Assembly (NCBI RefSeq): GCF_018977255.1
Contig: NW_024704743.1
Span: forward strand, 69,008,001-69,072,000
Direction of reading: 5' to 3'
Source: Callorhinchus milii
Lineage: Eukaryota
DNA length: 64,000 nucleotides
Each line of letters opens with the position of its first letter. Positions within the stretch are counted from its first letter, which is position 1. Positions 25,890 through 39,184 of this stretch are shown in pieces. A model generated the notes under the pieces. It was not told the DNA's origin and made no database searches. It saw only the letters and a list, made by a program, of their open reading frames with translations. A program made the position numbers and the translations under genes.

Positions 25890-26460
25890 ACATAAGAACA
25901 TAAGAAATGCTAGACGAAAAAAGACCAAGGTCCATCTAGTTCGCCTTCCACCTTACTGGTGTCGCATGCACATATTTCCCGAACTACCTATGTACTATAT
26001 CCCATAATTTATTACCGAAAAGAAAACTATCTAATCTGTGTTTGAAAGAATCAAGTTCACTGCAACAGAACCCGTTCTGACGAAGGATCGTGGACCCGAA
26101 ACGATGACTCACTTTCCTTTCTCCATAGATGCTGCCTGACCCACTGAGTGTTCGCAGCGACTTCTGTTTTTGTTTCAGATTTCCAGCATCTGCAGTATTT
26201 TGTATTTTGAAAGAATCAAAACCTGCTTCAACTGTCTCCCTAGGGAGCCTGTTCCCCAGGTTCACTATTCACTCACTGAAATAGTGTTTAGTAGATTCGG
26301 TCTGAATTTACCCGCCTTCATTCGCAGGCTGTGTCCTCTGGATCTACTATTCTGGACAAGCTGAAACAGCCTGTTATAATCTGTATTGTTTTGCCCCTTT
26401 AGAATCTTAAAGACAGCAATCATGTCGCTTCTCAATCTTCTCTTTTCCAGCGTGAACATG
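25890..26460 (-). mobile_element. CR1 LINE 3' end, interrupted by a 151-bp insertion
   Basis: FTLEKRRLRSDMIAVFKILKG...RGHSLR CR1 ORF2 C-terminus; (ttcttatg)n tail. Confidence 0.9.
26055..26205 (+). mobile_element. Short retroposed insert resembling a Penelope-like element terminus, with hammerhead-like core
   Basis: Flanked by perfect 14-bp duplication tttgaaagaatcaa (26041-26054 and 26206-26219); contains CTGACGA-hairpin-GAAAC. Confidence 0.7.
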
Positions 26461-26489
26461 CGTGAAGATGTTAATAATAACCCTTGCAT

Positions 26490-27150
26490 TTGACCCGTTC
26501 AGCCTTCCCCACCTCTGCACCATTGCCCGCCTCCATCACTACCTCTTCTCTCAGGCCGTCGCAACACTTATATGTGCTTTTATCATGTCCAGGTTTGACT
26601 ATGCTAGCTCTCTGCTTGATGGATGTGTCTACTCCTCCCCTCACAAGCTGCACATTATTCAGAGCTCTGCAGCTTGTGTCCTCTCCTACACCAGGCTCCG
26701 TATATCAACTCCATTCTCGACCGGCTTCATAGGCTCCCTATCCCCCAGAGGATCAAGTTTAAGATCTTCATCCTCATTTTTAAAGCCCTATATGATCTTG
26801 CTCCACCCCCACCTCTGTGACCTGCTAAAACTTTACCAATCTGCCCACACCCTGTGCTCGGCAGGCCCTACCCATCCCACCATCGGTGGTCGGGTCTTCA
26901 GCCTCCCTTGCCCCCACTCTCTGGAACTCCATCCCAGAGTGCCTTTGCCTCCCCCCTCCCCTCACCTCCTTCAAGCTCCATCTCAAGCTCTTCCTCTTTG
27001 ACCACGCCTTCAGTCATCTTCCCACCTCCACTTCCAACATCTTGGCCCCCACCCCTTTCAAATTTAATCCCCAGCTCGGGTGCAAACCCTTGACTGTCCA
27101 GCGCAATGGAACATCCTTCTAATGTGAAAGATGCTATATAATTGCAATTT
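26490..27150 (+). mobile_element. 5'-truncated L2 LINE (diverged)
   Basis: SRFDYA, HKLHIIQSSAA and LWNSIP motifs; decayed tail. Confidence 0.85.
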
Positions 27151-28479
27151 GTAGAGCCAGTCAATTTCTGCACCTTTACCAAACTCTCTTATTACCAGAT
27201 AGCAGTCCTCTGTGGCTATGATCCGATAAGCAACCATGGCATTTAACACTGTAATTATACTCTGAACATTAGTGTAGAAACACATATCTAATGGCAAATA
27301 ATTCTGAAACCAATAGTCAGCCTGGCTCAGGTATCATTTTTACCTCTGAGTCGGGTCTTAGAACTCACAGTCTAATCTGACAAACCAGTGCAGTTCTTCA
27401 GAGTTGAGAGAAGGCGATTCAGAGGGGATCTCATAGAGGTATATACGTTTCTAAATGCGATTGAAAAAGTAAACCCAGATTAATACTTCAGGATGCACCA
27501 AAATAAGAAAGGTGTGCTCATGAAAGGGAATGTGGCCAAGACTCCAGGTTTAGGGTTGTATTAATTAATGCATTATTTGGGAATGCAGTTTGAATAGCTT
27601 TAACTTATGCAAAGCTTTGAGGTCTCTTGAAATAACTCCCTGCCACCAAAATCATTGTACAATCCTACAAAAGTCATGTTCAAAGTCAATGCAGTATAAA
27701 GTCCCTTTGCCTCAGCCCCTCTCTTGTCTCCTTCAAGGCCCATCTCAAAACCTTCCTCCTAATCCCATCCCCCGGCTCGGGTGCACATCCTTGACTGTCC
27801 AGCACTTTGGGACATCCTCCCGACATGAAAGGCACTATAAAAATGTAATTTGTTGTTATAGTATTCCTATTGATGCCATGTTCAGTACAGCTGGACTAAG
27901 CAACAACTTAAGGTGCAGTTGCCTTAGCTGCAGTTGTACTAGCTGTGGCTCAAGCTCTATCCTGGCCATGCACATCCTGCCTGTACGTACCTGCACTGCG
28001 AGCGCTCTCAGCAACCTCAATCTGGTCGGTCATAGCTGTGCTGCTTAACGTACAGTTCATGTCTGCATCGTCGGTGTGGCTGAGATCTTTATAAGAGAGA
28101 AATGGCTGTTGACCCGACATTGCTGAGAGGAAACAGGTGGTATATGTACAAACACTCCACGCCTAATGAAATACGCCGTAGACCAGCAAAGATATTAGTA
28201 CAGTACATCTCCTCAACGAAAGAAGAGCTGCATTGAGAAAGGAAGTGATTCAGGTGCCCTCTGATGGAGATGAAGTGTAAAAACACTTGTAAGTCACTGT
28301 TAGCTGAAGAGGCCAATAATGTCTATAAAATACTCTGTCACTGGGGTTATGAGGCGTTGGCAGGAGCACCTCCAATGTACAGTGTTTTCTCCATGGATAC
28401 CCATATGCATTACGTGGGACTTCAGCTAAGATGAAATCTCAAAGTCTGAGCCAGCAACTTGCAAATCTATGTCATGCAC

Positions 28480-28880
28480 AGAGGTTTTTGCCATACCCTT
28501 AATACCTTTACTGCCCAATTATCTGTCTACTTCTCGATTTTGCCTCTGTAGCTTTCTGAGCATTCCACATCATCAAAACCCTCTATGTGAAGAAAGAGTT
28601 CCTGAAATCTGTTTTGAAACATCTTGGTCCTGATTTTAAGACTACGCTCCTTGCGCTGGATCCCTCCACAAAGAGGAGGAGTCATCCACTGTCTAACCTC
28701 TCCATTTCTTTCATTATGTTAAATACCTCAATCAAATAACCTCTCTCCTCTGGGGGATAGAGCTCCAGACTACCCAGCCTTTCATTATAGCTAAATCCCT
28801 TCAGTCTAGGTATTAATCCAATGAAACATCATTGGACACCCTCCAAGGCTAGTATATCCATCGTATATCTCGGTATCCAA
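28480..28880 (-). mobile_element. Old CR1 3' fragment
   Basis: Similar to 60877-61550 (caccctccaaggc, aaatacctcaatcaaataacctct). Confidence 0.65.
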
Positions 28881-30331
28881 AACAACATCTTACATTTATG
28901 TAGTGCCCTTCATGCTGTAGAGTCTCGGAGAACTGAACAATGGAGAGTTTGAACTGAAACAGAACACAGTACTCGAAAATGAGATCAGACTAGCCCCCTT
29001 TATAATCTTTTACATTCCAGATCTTTTGAAACAAAATGACAGCTTTTTAAAATATATATTCGTTGAAGAATTTTCTTTCTGAAGCAAAGACACCGTATAA
29101 GGCCTAACATTTCACCTAGTCCCAGCCTGTAGGACCATTTTGTCTTAAAATGTAAGATTGCACAAAATTGACGGAAATACTTCAATTTAGTCTTATTTTG
29201 CAAGTCAATTTTCCACAGTTCTTAAAAAGCACTGCTTTCCAAATGAATTTAAACATTTTCTACAATTCCATGCAATCTTACATTTTACTAGGTGATATGA
29301 CTTTGAACAGTTTGCTACAGAGTCGTTTCTTCTGTTCTAAAGAAAGACACCGTTCTTGTGCTGAATGTTTGTGTTTTCAGGCTGCTGTTAGTTTTACATT
29401 TAAGACAAGGTGGAATTTCAGGCCTATCGGGGTGAGATTCCACCTGGGACTAAATCTACTCTATTTGTGTAACATTTTAGAGTGTTCAGAATTTGACAAA
29501 TTGCTGAATTCAGGCAAACAGTTGAGGCCTTTTTTTGCAATTCTTAAAAGAACTTACAGCAAAGCAGCTTCAAAATTATGGCTGCATTTCAGAATCTGGC
29601 AAATCCTCGGTACTATGAAATGCTATATAAATGCTGAGTTACAATCTACCTCTTCACCCATACAAATTGTCGCTTCTCCCTTGCTCATTATACAAATTTG
29701 TCTGATGTGTTCTGAAACGGTGTCTTACATAAAGGGAATTATATAAATACAACTTATTATTACCTTCACCTAAAAAATACCCAATCACTATACTTTACAG
29801 TATATCCTGTGAAACTCTTTGAGAATTCGCCCCTGAAGTGAAAGGCCTTTGCATATGAAATGCAAGGATTTTTTATTTCTTTAAATTTATTATTACTTTT
29901 GAGTAAATCCTTTTGAGTAAATCTAGACCAAGGTTTTTTTCCCATCAGTACTTGTTTCAGTGTTTTCCAGGTTATAACTCCGAATCAAGTGACAACTCAA
30001 GCTTTCACGGTTGACAACTTAAGTTGTCACTCCAAATCAAGTGACAACTATTCAAGGAAGATGGTGGATAAGAATCACAATGAATGAGCTAAGCAGCTTT
30101 TCCATTTTAGTGTCTTTCTACTACAAGCAGTAACATATAAAAGCATCAGTTTGAAGGATTTGAAACCATTCAGAAAAACAAAGAGGCTACTCTGTTCTGC
30201 TCACTGTGTATTTAATTAATTGCCGTTGTGGACTTTTAAATAGCCGCACTTTAACTCCAAGTATAAAGTATGGTGTAACATTAGCACAAGAGACATTATT
30301 CTTAAAATAGGTTAAGGAAGATTGGATAACT

Positions 30332-30348
30332 ACCAGCAGATGGCAGCA
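30332..30348 (+). promoter_or_regulatory. Candidate CTCF site
   Basis: ACCAGCAGATGGCAGCA fits the CCASYAGRKGGCRS core; lies in apparently unique sequence. Confidence 0.4.
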
Positions 30349-30719
30349 TCCTCTCCAATTAAGTGGTCTGTTCCTCAGTCCGAGCGCTCCCATTCTGTTT
30401 AAACTAAAGCAAGTTTATTTTGTAAATATTAAGCCTTACATCAGGCCTTTGCTTTTTTTGTAATATTTATTTTCCAACATTGATTTGCCTTGGAATATGG
30501 GGAAAGGACAGTATAAATGAGACTGAAAGGATCGCTCTTTAAAAGAGCCAGCATAGACAGGCTAAATGATCTTCTTCGGTGCTGTAAATTTCTATGGTTC
30601 TACGTGAGCTGGAATCTATGCTCTTCAAGGCCAAAATAGCTAACTTTTAGCAAAGGGTCTGGCGGCTTTGAGCCTTGCCTGCTCAATCTCTAATAGTTAA
30701 TCTTTTGTGATGGTGGGCA

Positions 30720-31036
30720 TAATAATAATAATCCTTGCATTTGATATAGCGCTTTTCACGTCGGGAGGACGTCCCAAAGCGCTTCCCAGGACACACTGTA
30801 AAGTGAATTGACTGTATATTTGTGGGCGAATGTGGCAGCCAATTGCGCACAGCAATATCCCACAAACAGTTGTAGATTGAAAATGACCAATTTATTATTG
30901 TTTTGTTTTTTNGGAGGGATTATTATTAGGCATGTGGAGTAAGGAAACTTGCCCAAGGTTTCGCCCTCTGCCTGGAATTGAACTCAGGTCTCTCGCTTGC
31001 AAAGCGAGTGCTCTAACCACTGAGCTACAGGACTCC
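30720..31036 (-). mobile_element. Full-length young tRNA-derived SINE
   Basis: Near-identical to 40207-40517 and 56936-57268; contains the only ambiguous base (n, 30912). Confidence 0.94.
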
Positions 31037-32329
31037 ATGATAATGCCCAACACTATGCACCAACCATACTTTATTTTTGTTAAAGTTATCCAGTTCCTCA
31101 TGTGAGGAAGCAGTTCAGATGTATCAGGTGAATGTTAAAGATCTCATGGCATAATTCGAAAAGTGAAGAGTTTCTCCCCAACAATCCACCAGATAAAAAT
31201 TGGTCAAACGTCATGGCTGTTTATGGGACATTATTGTGTGCAAACTGGCCTCACATTCGCCTACAAAATACAGTCTTTACAGTAAGTCCTGTGAAGATCT
31301 TTGAGACATGAAAGGCACTATATCAAATGGATCTCTGACATGAAAGGCATTATATCAAATGGAATAATTATTATTATTATAATGTTTATGGTGAAATAAT
31401 CAGACACCTAGAATTATGTTATCTTCTGGTGAATATGAGAAATGGGTTATCAGCAGGGCAACTGTTTCAGCAAGTTCAAGAGAGAATTAGATAGTAACAG
31501 TAAATAATTCAATTAAGCGATAAGATAACTAAAGCCAAGATTACTTTTTTCTTTGGAACTGGCTAAATAAATAGCAACGATCTTTTAAGAGTGCTTTACA
31601 TTCATATGTTTCTATTTGAAAATAACAAATAGGAAAACGAGAGGCTAAAATCATCCTTACCATCATGGAGGTTCGCTGTCCGTCCACTTGTGTGGATGTT
31701 ACATTTTGCACATGTTAAAAATGCACGTGATACTGTTGTGTGCTCTAGTTTTTGCTCGTAAGACAGTTTTGTCTTAACATTCAAAATTGTGTTGAGTGGT
31801 GAAAAATATAGTTTAGAAACTGATTTTCCTCAGTTTTTAAAAAGAACCAATTTCCAAATTTAAAAAAATCCATATTACTGCCCGCACATAAATTTTACGA
31901 TAAAGCTAAGACTGAGTGAAATTTGGAGTCTTTGTATGTTCAAAAGGAAAACCAATAAAAATACATTGTACAGGTAACATTACTTTCTTGTTAATACTGA
32001 ATGTATTGCATATAGAAAAAACAAATTAAACAGGTACATATTTAACTGATTCACAAATCTATAACTGTTATACAGTATTCCTTATGAATCAAAGTTAGTT
32101 GCTGTAGAAAGGTTATGAAAATTCACAATATCCTCCAAATGTGGCTGTTTTTGTTGGCTGCCCCAGATCCCCATGAACTATTTAAAACAGGAACGATATA
32201 TATTACAAGTCCTTGCAGTGATTGAAATGTTTTTGTTGCATTAACGTGAATCAATAAAATGTATTATTTCAAAACGCAGAAATGACTACAAAGCTTTCTT
32301 TGTTTCTGTCAGTTTCGAATGTCGGGAGC

Positions 32330-33688
32330 CTTCCTTGGACCCATCTCTACTCTCCAGCTATTGCCCTATCTCCAACCTCCCATTCCTCTCCACAGCACGG
32401 AAACAGCCCAGATCAAAGTCACTAATGACATTCTGAACATCTGTGACCACGGCTCTCTCTGCCTCCTTGTCCTCGTCGACCTCTCTGCTGCTTTCAATAC
32501 TGTCGAACATTCTATCATCCTACAACACCTCTCCTCTCGGCTCAATCTTCACGGACCTGCCCTTGCCTGGTTCGAATCCTACCTTTCCCACCATCTCCAC
32601 TTTGTCGCCACTAACGGCTTCTCCTCCAGCCCCCGCACCGTCACGTATGGCGTCCCTCAGGGCTCTGAGCTTTGCCCTCTCCTTTTCAATATATGTTCCC
32701 CCTTGGTTACATCATCTGCAGACACGGGGTCAATTTCCACATGTATGCAGATGACACCCAACTCTATCTTTCTGCCTCCAACTTTGATTCCAGGACCACT
32801 GCTGTCCTCACAGACTGCTTGTTGGACGTCAAGTCCTGGATGAGAGCTAACTTCCTGCAGTTGAATGTCAATAAGACCGAGGCTCTCCTGCTTGGCTCCC
32901 GTCAGTGCCTCCATGCCTCGGGCGCAGACAACATCTCCCTCCATGGATGCACTCTACATCTCACAGAGCCAATAAGAAACCTCGGCGTCCTGTTCGACTC
33001 CCAACTGACCTTCATACCCCACATCCATGCCATGACCTGCTCTGCTTTTGCCCACCTCCACATACAGTCGGCTCCTCTAATGTCTCACTCCGCAGGCTGC
33101 CGAGACCCTCATATATACACATTCATAACATCCAGGCTCAACTATGCAAACTACCTGCTTGTCGGCCTCCCCAACTCCTCTTTCCTTAGGCTGCACATCA
33201 TCCAAAACTCTCCCACACCAGACTCCGTGTCCCTATCACCCCCATCCTCGCCCGACTCCACTGGCTTCCCATCACACAGAGAATACAGTTCAAGATCCTG
33301 GTCCTCAGCTTCAAAGCCTTCCAAGGCCTTGTTTCCCCCTACCTTTGCAAACTCCTAACCCCCTACTAACCTGCCCGCTCCCTCCACTCAGCCGGCTCCG
33401 GCCTGCTTCACGTACCATGCCTCGCTCGCCCCACCATTGGCGGGCGGACGGACCTTCTGCCACTTTGCCCCCACCCTCTGGAACTCCATCCCACAGTCCC
33501 TCTGCCTCACCCCCTCCCTTGCCTCCTTTAAGACCCAGCTCAAGACCCTCCTCTTCGATCATGCCTTCGGTTACCCTCCTTCACCCCCACCTTCCCCGAT
33601 CCAGACCCCAGCTCGGGTCCGAAACACTGACCTTGGGACGTCCTCCTGACATGAAGGGTGCCATAAAATGTAATCTGTTGTTGTTGTC
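32330..33688 (+). mobile_element. L2 LINE with RT remnant
   Basis: DLSAAFNTVEH, GVPQGS, HMYADDTQLY and FLQLNVNKTE; 3' tail. Confidence 0.93.
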
Positions 33689-35456
33689 TCCTTATTTTGA
33701 ACTCACCAAAAAGTAGAAACAGCATTTAAGAGAACAAAAGTCTCAGAAGAGACAGTAACAGAGAAAGTTAAAGAAACTCAGAGACACACAGAGGGAGAGA
33801 GACACACAGAGAGAGAGAGCCTGGCATAATGTGATGTCTCATGATCACCATGGAGAATACTTGCAAATATATTGTCACTGTTATAAGAGATTTTAATACA
33901 ATATTGTTCTAACATTATATGAAATGTGATAGCTCTATAATGATTGCATTTTTTTTTACTTTCCTCCTCCTAAATATAACTATGGAAAATGAGGTGGGGG
34001 CAGATCTCCTTGTATTTGAAAGAAGACAGTAGGTTCAGATAGGTTTTGTTAGAATTTCTGCTGAACTCAAAATTATCGGGATTTATACATTTATCACAAA
34101 AGTTTTCCTTAACTTTTTCTAACCTGGGAAATATTCCAGAAACAAGGATACAGGAGACCAGTGGGGAGCCATTAGAAGTGCTGCCCAGCCCACATCATAA
34201 TTACATAGAACGATACAGAATATTACAGCACGGAAACAGGCCATTTGGCTCTGCCGATTAATATAATCAACTGGCAAGGAAATGGTTCCAGTATTACATT
34301 TTCAGTCAGTGAGGTTATTTATTAATTATATTTCAATCAAAAACTCCTCTAGGTTAAGTCATAAAGTAAGTATTTTTCTGCTAGCCCTACACATACTTCT
34401 AAAGGTAATAATAACTTTGCACAGTGAAACAGAGATATATTTCAGTATGTCTGTACCACATGGAGAATGGAAGATACATTCCCTAGTAATTTCCTCCACG
34501 GAATCAAATGGGTTTTAAATGGGCTTTCAGATTTATAATACTCATAATCTGGGTAATATTGCACAGAATTACATAAAACTAAACAGAATGTTACAGCACG
34601 GAAACAGGCCATTTGACCAACTGGTCTTTACTCCGCATGAACCTCCTATCCCACTTCCATACCCTTATATTGCCTTCTCCCTCACATAAGCATTCAGTTT
34701 CCTCGTAAATATCTTGATGCTTTCTGCTTCAATTACGGCTTTAGGCACTGAGTTCTATATTTTCACCTGTGTAAAGAAGTTTCTCCCAAATTACCTTTTA
34801 GATGTGTTCCTGGCTACCTTATATTGATAGCCACTTGGTTTGGACTTGGAAACAACCTACTAAAGTCCATCATTCTGAGTCTTGAATTTTCCTGTGGTCT
34901 TAAGATTGTGCAGAATTTTGGAAAATTCTTAATTGCCGTCTTAATTTAGCTGAAAACTGACTTCCAAATTTAGCAATAGCAGCCTCCTGACTGATAAGTA
35001 AAAGTCTTTTTTTTGGCCTAGGAGAGCATGGATTTTGCCCTTTTCTACGTAGATAAACCCTAGAAAGTGAAATTAAAACAAACGTTTTACAACCCAATAC
35101 AGGACCTAAAATTTACTAAATTAAAATTGTTGCCTCAGGGCTTTGTACAGAATAATAAAAAAAACTTTATAAAAACAATATGATGGTTCTCAGAGCAAAC
35201 CATTTACCTGGAGGTGGGCAACACCTGCTGGTGCTATTGAAAGTCTTCCTTAAATAAGGAACTGAATACATTTAGGCATACAGGAAATTTTTACACATAT
35301 ACCATATACATTTGGAAAATGAATGATTCACTTTTCGCTAGTTCAAACAATCAGGCTCTGCCCTCCAAACAAATATTAAACAGTTAATTCTGAATTCAAA
35401 CCATTAAAATTTCCTCACTTTTACCAGTGAAAATGTTTAAGAAGATGTAATCTTAC

Positions 35457-35558
35457 TAGGCGGTAGAGGCTCATCGATCGTTGGGTAGCGGTTAGTGTCT
35501 TGTCTCAAAGTTGGCAGCTGAGATATTGACGGTGCACAACATGGCAAATGATTATCAC
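35457..35558 (-). CDS. HECW1: HECW1 coding exon preceding WW1 (GDNHLPCCAPSISQLPTLRQDTNRYPTIDEPLPP)
   Basis: 102 bp; acceptor ttttcgtag, donor A|gtaaga; phase 1 to 1; SQLP.LR...YPTIDEPLPP matches HECW1. Confidence 0.94.
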
Positions 35559-36289
35559 CTACGAAAAGAAAGAGGTGTGGAAGAATAATTAATCTGGATC
35601 AGTGTTTTTCAATCTTGTTGCATTGTAGGAATAAGCTCCATCTCAGGTTGATAGCACTTCAACTATCATTAACATCACCTTTGTGACCAGTGTCAGAAGG
35701 ATTTAGCGAGCAATTTAGAATCAACAACAATTTGCACAAATATAAGCGCCTTAGACATAATAATAACAATCATTCCATTTAGTATTGCGCATTTTACGTT
35801 ACGAAAATGTCTACAACAGTTACTGGCATCCCAAACCTGTAGATATGAGGGACAATGAACATTTATACAGGGATGACTGGACTGTGTGCACGTCATACCT
35901 AAATCAATACTCATTATAAGCCTAAAACAGACAATGATTTTTTTCATAAATATTCTATTGACATTCCTGTCTATCCTCTTTGAGGGGGAGATATGTGGGG
36001 TCTCTTTGTTGCTGAACTGGCTCCTAGGTGACATGCCTGGCAATGCAATATCGGAATTGAGCCAGCCCTCTGTGGTGGGCTCAATAGTCCAGTTCCTGAG
36101 CCAGGTGGGTCCGCATTATTCCAGGGCACTGCTGATGACAGTACAGTCAGTCTGGCTGATCGGCAGGACCACGAAGGGCAAACCAGTCAATGGGGGTAGA
36201 GAGTCATCCCACTCAGCTCCGGTTAACCCTGCGAGCCAAATCCTTAGCGGGTAGGGTGGTCCTAGTTGGACAAGCAACGGGAAATCGCA

Positions 36290-37460
36290 TCTCCATCACA
36301 TCTCCTCCCCCATCTAACTTAGTGGGACCGCAATCAGATGGTTTGAATCCTACTTAACCAACCACTTCCTTTTCATCTCAACAAATGGTTTCTCCTCCCG
36401 GCCCCGCCCGGTCACCTGCCGGTTATCCCAGGGCTCCATCTTTGGCCCTCTTCTCTTCCTTATCTATACACTCCCTCTGGGTGATGTCATCTGCAGACAT
36501 GGGGTAAACTTCCTCATGTATGTGGATGTCACAAAAATCTACTTTGTCTCCTCCAGTAACAACTCAGATCCGCCGATGTTCTATCAGCTTGTCTGGCAGA
36601 CATCAAGGCCTGGATGAGTGTAAACTTCCTGCAGATAAATATGGACAAGATGGAAGCCATACTCCTTGGCTCCTGTCAACATCTTCACTCCTGTGGATCT
36701 AAACTCCTCAACCTCCCTGGGCTCTCCCTCAGACTCATCGAACCAGTGCGCAACCTAGGCATCCGGTTTGACCCCCAACTGTCCTTCCTTCCCAAATCCA
36801 GTCCCTGAGCAGGACCGCCTTCTTCCACCTCTGCCACATTGCCCGCCTCTGACCGTACCTTACCCCAAATGCAGCCAAAATCCTTGTGCATGCGTTTGTC
36901 ACCTCCCGCTTTGATTACTCCAATATACTCCTCGCTGGTCTCCCGAGCTACAGATTTCACAAGCTTCAGCTCATTCAGAACTCTGCCGCCCACATACTGA
37001 CCCAGACCAAACTCCATACCCACATCTCACCAGTTCTGGCCAAGGCTCCACTGGCTCCCCATCACCGAACGGATCGACTTCAAGATCTTGACTCTCGTGT
37101 TCAAATACATTCACTCCCTGGCACCTCCCTACCTCTCTGACCTCCTCACTCCCAAATCCACCACCCAGCACATCCGCTCGACTGGCACCAGCATTTTGCT
37201 CGTCCCTTGCACCCTCTGCCCACCATCGGAGGTCGCACTTTCAGCCACTAGGCCCTGAAACTCTGTAACATTCTCCCTCAATCCCGCCGCCTTGCACCCT
37301 CTCTCCCTTTTTCTGTCCCACCTGAAAACCTTCCTCTTCGACTGTGCTTATGGCTACCTCCCCCCCACTCTCGGCTCAGAGTCAGGCTCCGCCACTGTTA
37401 AGCACTTAGAGACACTACCCTGCATGGAGGGCGCTATATAAGTGCAAATTGTTGTTGTTA
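36290..37460 (+). mobile_element. L2 LINE fragment (RT to 3' end)
   Basis: HAFVTSRFDYSNILLAGLP, KLQLIQNSAA; tail ttgttgttg. Confidence 0.9.
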
Positions 37461-39184
37461 AAATTGGGAAATCAGTTAATTGAAGAATAGTTAAAATCCA
37501 CATTATGGAATGATATATAATTTACCTCATGCTCGAATCATGATTTAGAAACCGTTGAAATGTACAGCGCAGAAAAAGGCTATTCAATCCATTGTGTCTG
37601 TGCTGGCTCGTTTAAAGAGCAATCCTTTTAGTCCCATTTACATGTCGTTTCTCCATTTTCTCCCCTGTAGTTGACTCCATTTAGATATCTATCTAGTTCC
37701 CTTTTCAAAGCTAATATGGATTCTGCTCAAATCCCACTCCTAGTAATGCATTCTATATCCTGATAACTCTGTATTTGAAAAAAAATTCTCCCAATATTCC
37801 CATTTGTTCGTTTGTTCAGGTGGATATTAAAGATTCCAATGCGCTATTCGAAAAGAGAAGGGAGTTTCTCTCAGTGACCTAGCAACAATCCCCAGTAACA
37901 ATCGCCCAAATAAAATTGGTCACTCGATTCATTGCCGATTGTGGGACATTCCTGTGGCCAAAATTGGCTGCCGCATTAACCCACAAAACACACAGTCACT
38001 GCACTTTACGATATATTCTGTGAAGCGCTTTGGGATATCCTCCCAATTTGAAAAGCGTTATATCAAATGTAAGTATTTTATTATTATTAATAATTTGGGG
38101 AGTATCACCTGACACTGCATTCTCAACACGTAGCTGCACACTCTGAAAGACAATCTTTAAATGTTTTGCAATGAGACTTCACGAGATCTCACAATTCTTC
38201 CAGAAATCCAACAGCAAGCACCAACCTGATACACTGTCAAGTCATGGAGCTTAGTTTGATGGAGGAAACCAGCACAAGCTTGAAATAACAGAGGCTCCAG
38301 ATATAACAGGTCATTGTGTTTTACTTTGCTTTTGTGATGTCTTTTCATCAGAGAGGCAGCTATTCTAAGCTACTCTTTCTGAATATATATTGTGCTCACC
38401 AGTTGTGACACAGCTGACATTCCATTTGGATACTGTTATTTTTACACCAGTCTACTTTAAGCCATTTATTTTTCAAATTGAAGACATTTCTTTCAAAGCA
38501 AACATATGTTGTCCGACACCATTGCATAATTCCCCAGAAAAACAGCAATGGAGATAACAGTTAATTTTTCTTTGGTCGGCTGGGAGATTGACACATGTAC
38601 TTCACCATGCTTAAGAGTATCCAAAGCATTTGCCTACAAATACTGTCACTACACTTCCCAATAGATCCTATGAAGCACTTTGAAACATTTTGACGTGATA
38701 AGGCACAGCTGCAAAAGCCAATGCTTGGGACCTGAGAGTTTGCATTGGGATACTGCTTGGGTTTTAGTCAACTAAAAGCATGCAGCTTGCTATCGTGAAC
38801 AATGACTGGCATTGTCTATCCAGCTAGGAACACTACCCATTCAGTCTTTCAGGGTTGATAGGAGCTGATGAGATGAATCGCTGAAATAGTGTCAGGTCTG
38901 TCCTCCAAGACCCACTGGTGGCTGGTCAGTCAGTAGTAGTGCTTTGGAATTCTGTGGACCTGCATTCCTCAGCAACCAGACTACCAAGACAGCTACAAAA
39001 GATTTGACTAAATTCTGATATTCCATAGCAAATCATGTACTTTGGAAGCAGCTTAGACCCAAAGAGACTGCTTATCTCCCACAAGGATAACCAGAGTGTC
39101 TGTGGACTGAGGATGAGAATGCGATGGAGCTTTGCTATGATTCCTAAGAGGCAAAAAGCATATCAGGCGCACTCACCATTTTTT

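Noticed and set aside
29168..29746. 192-aa ORF
   Set aside because: AT-rich, no recognisable motif, non-ATG start, overlaps decayed repeat tails; likely chance
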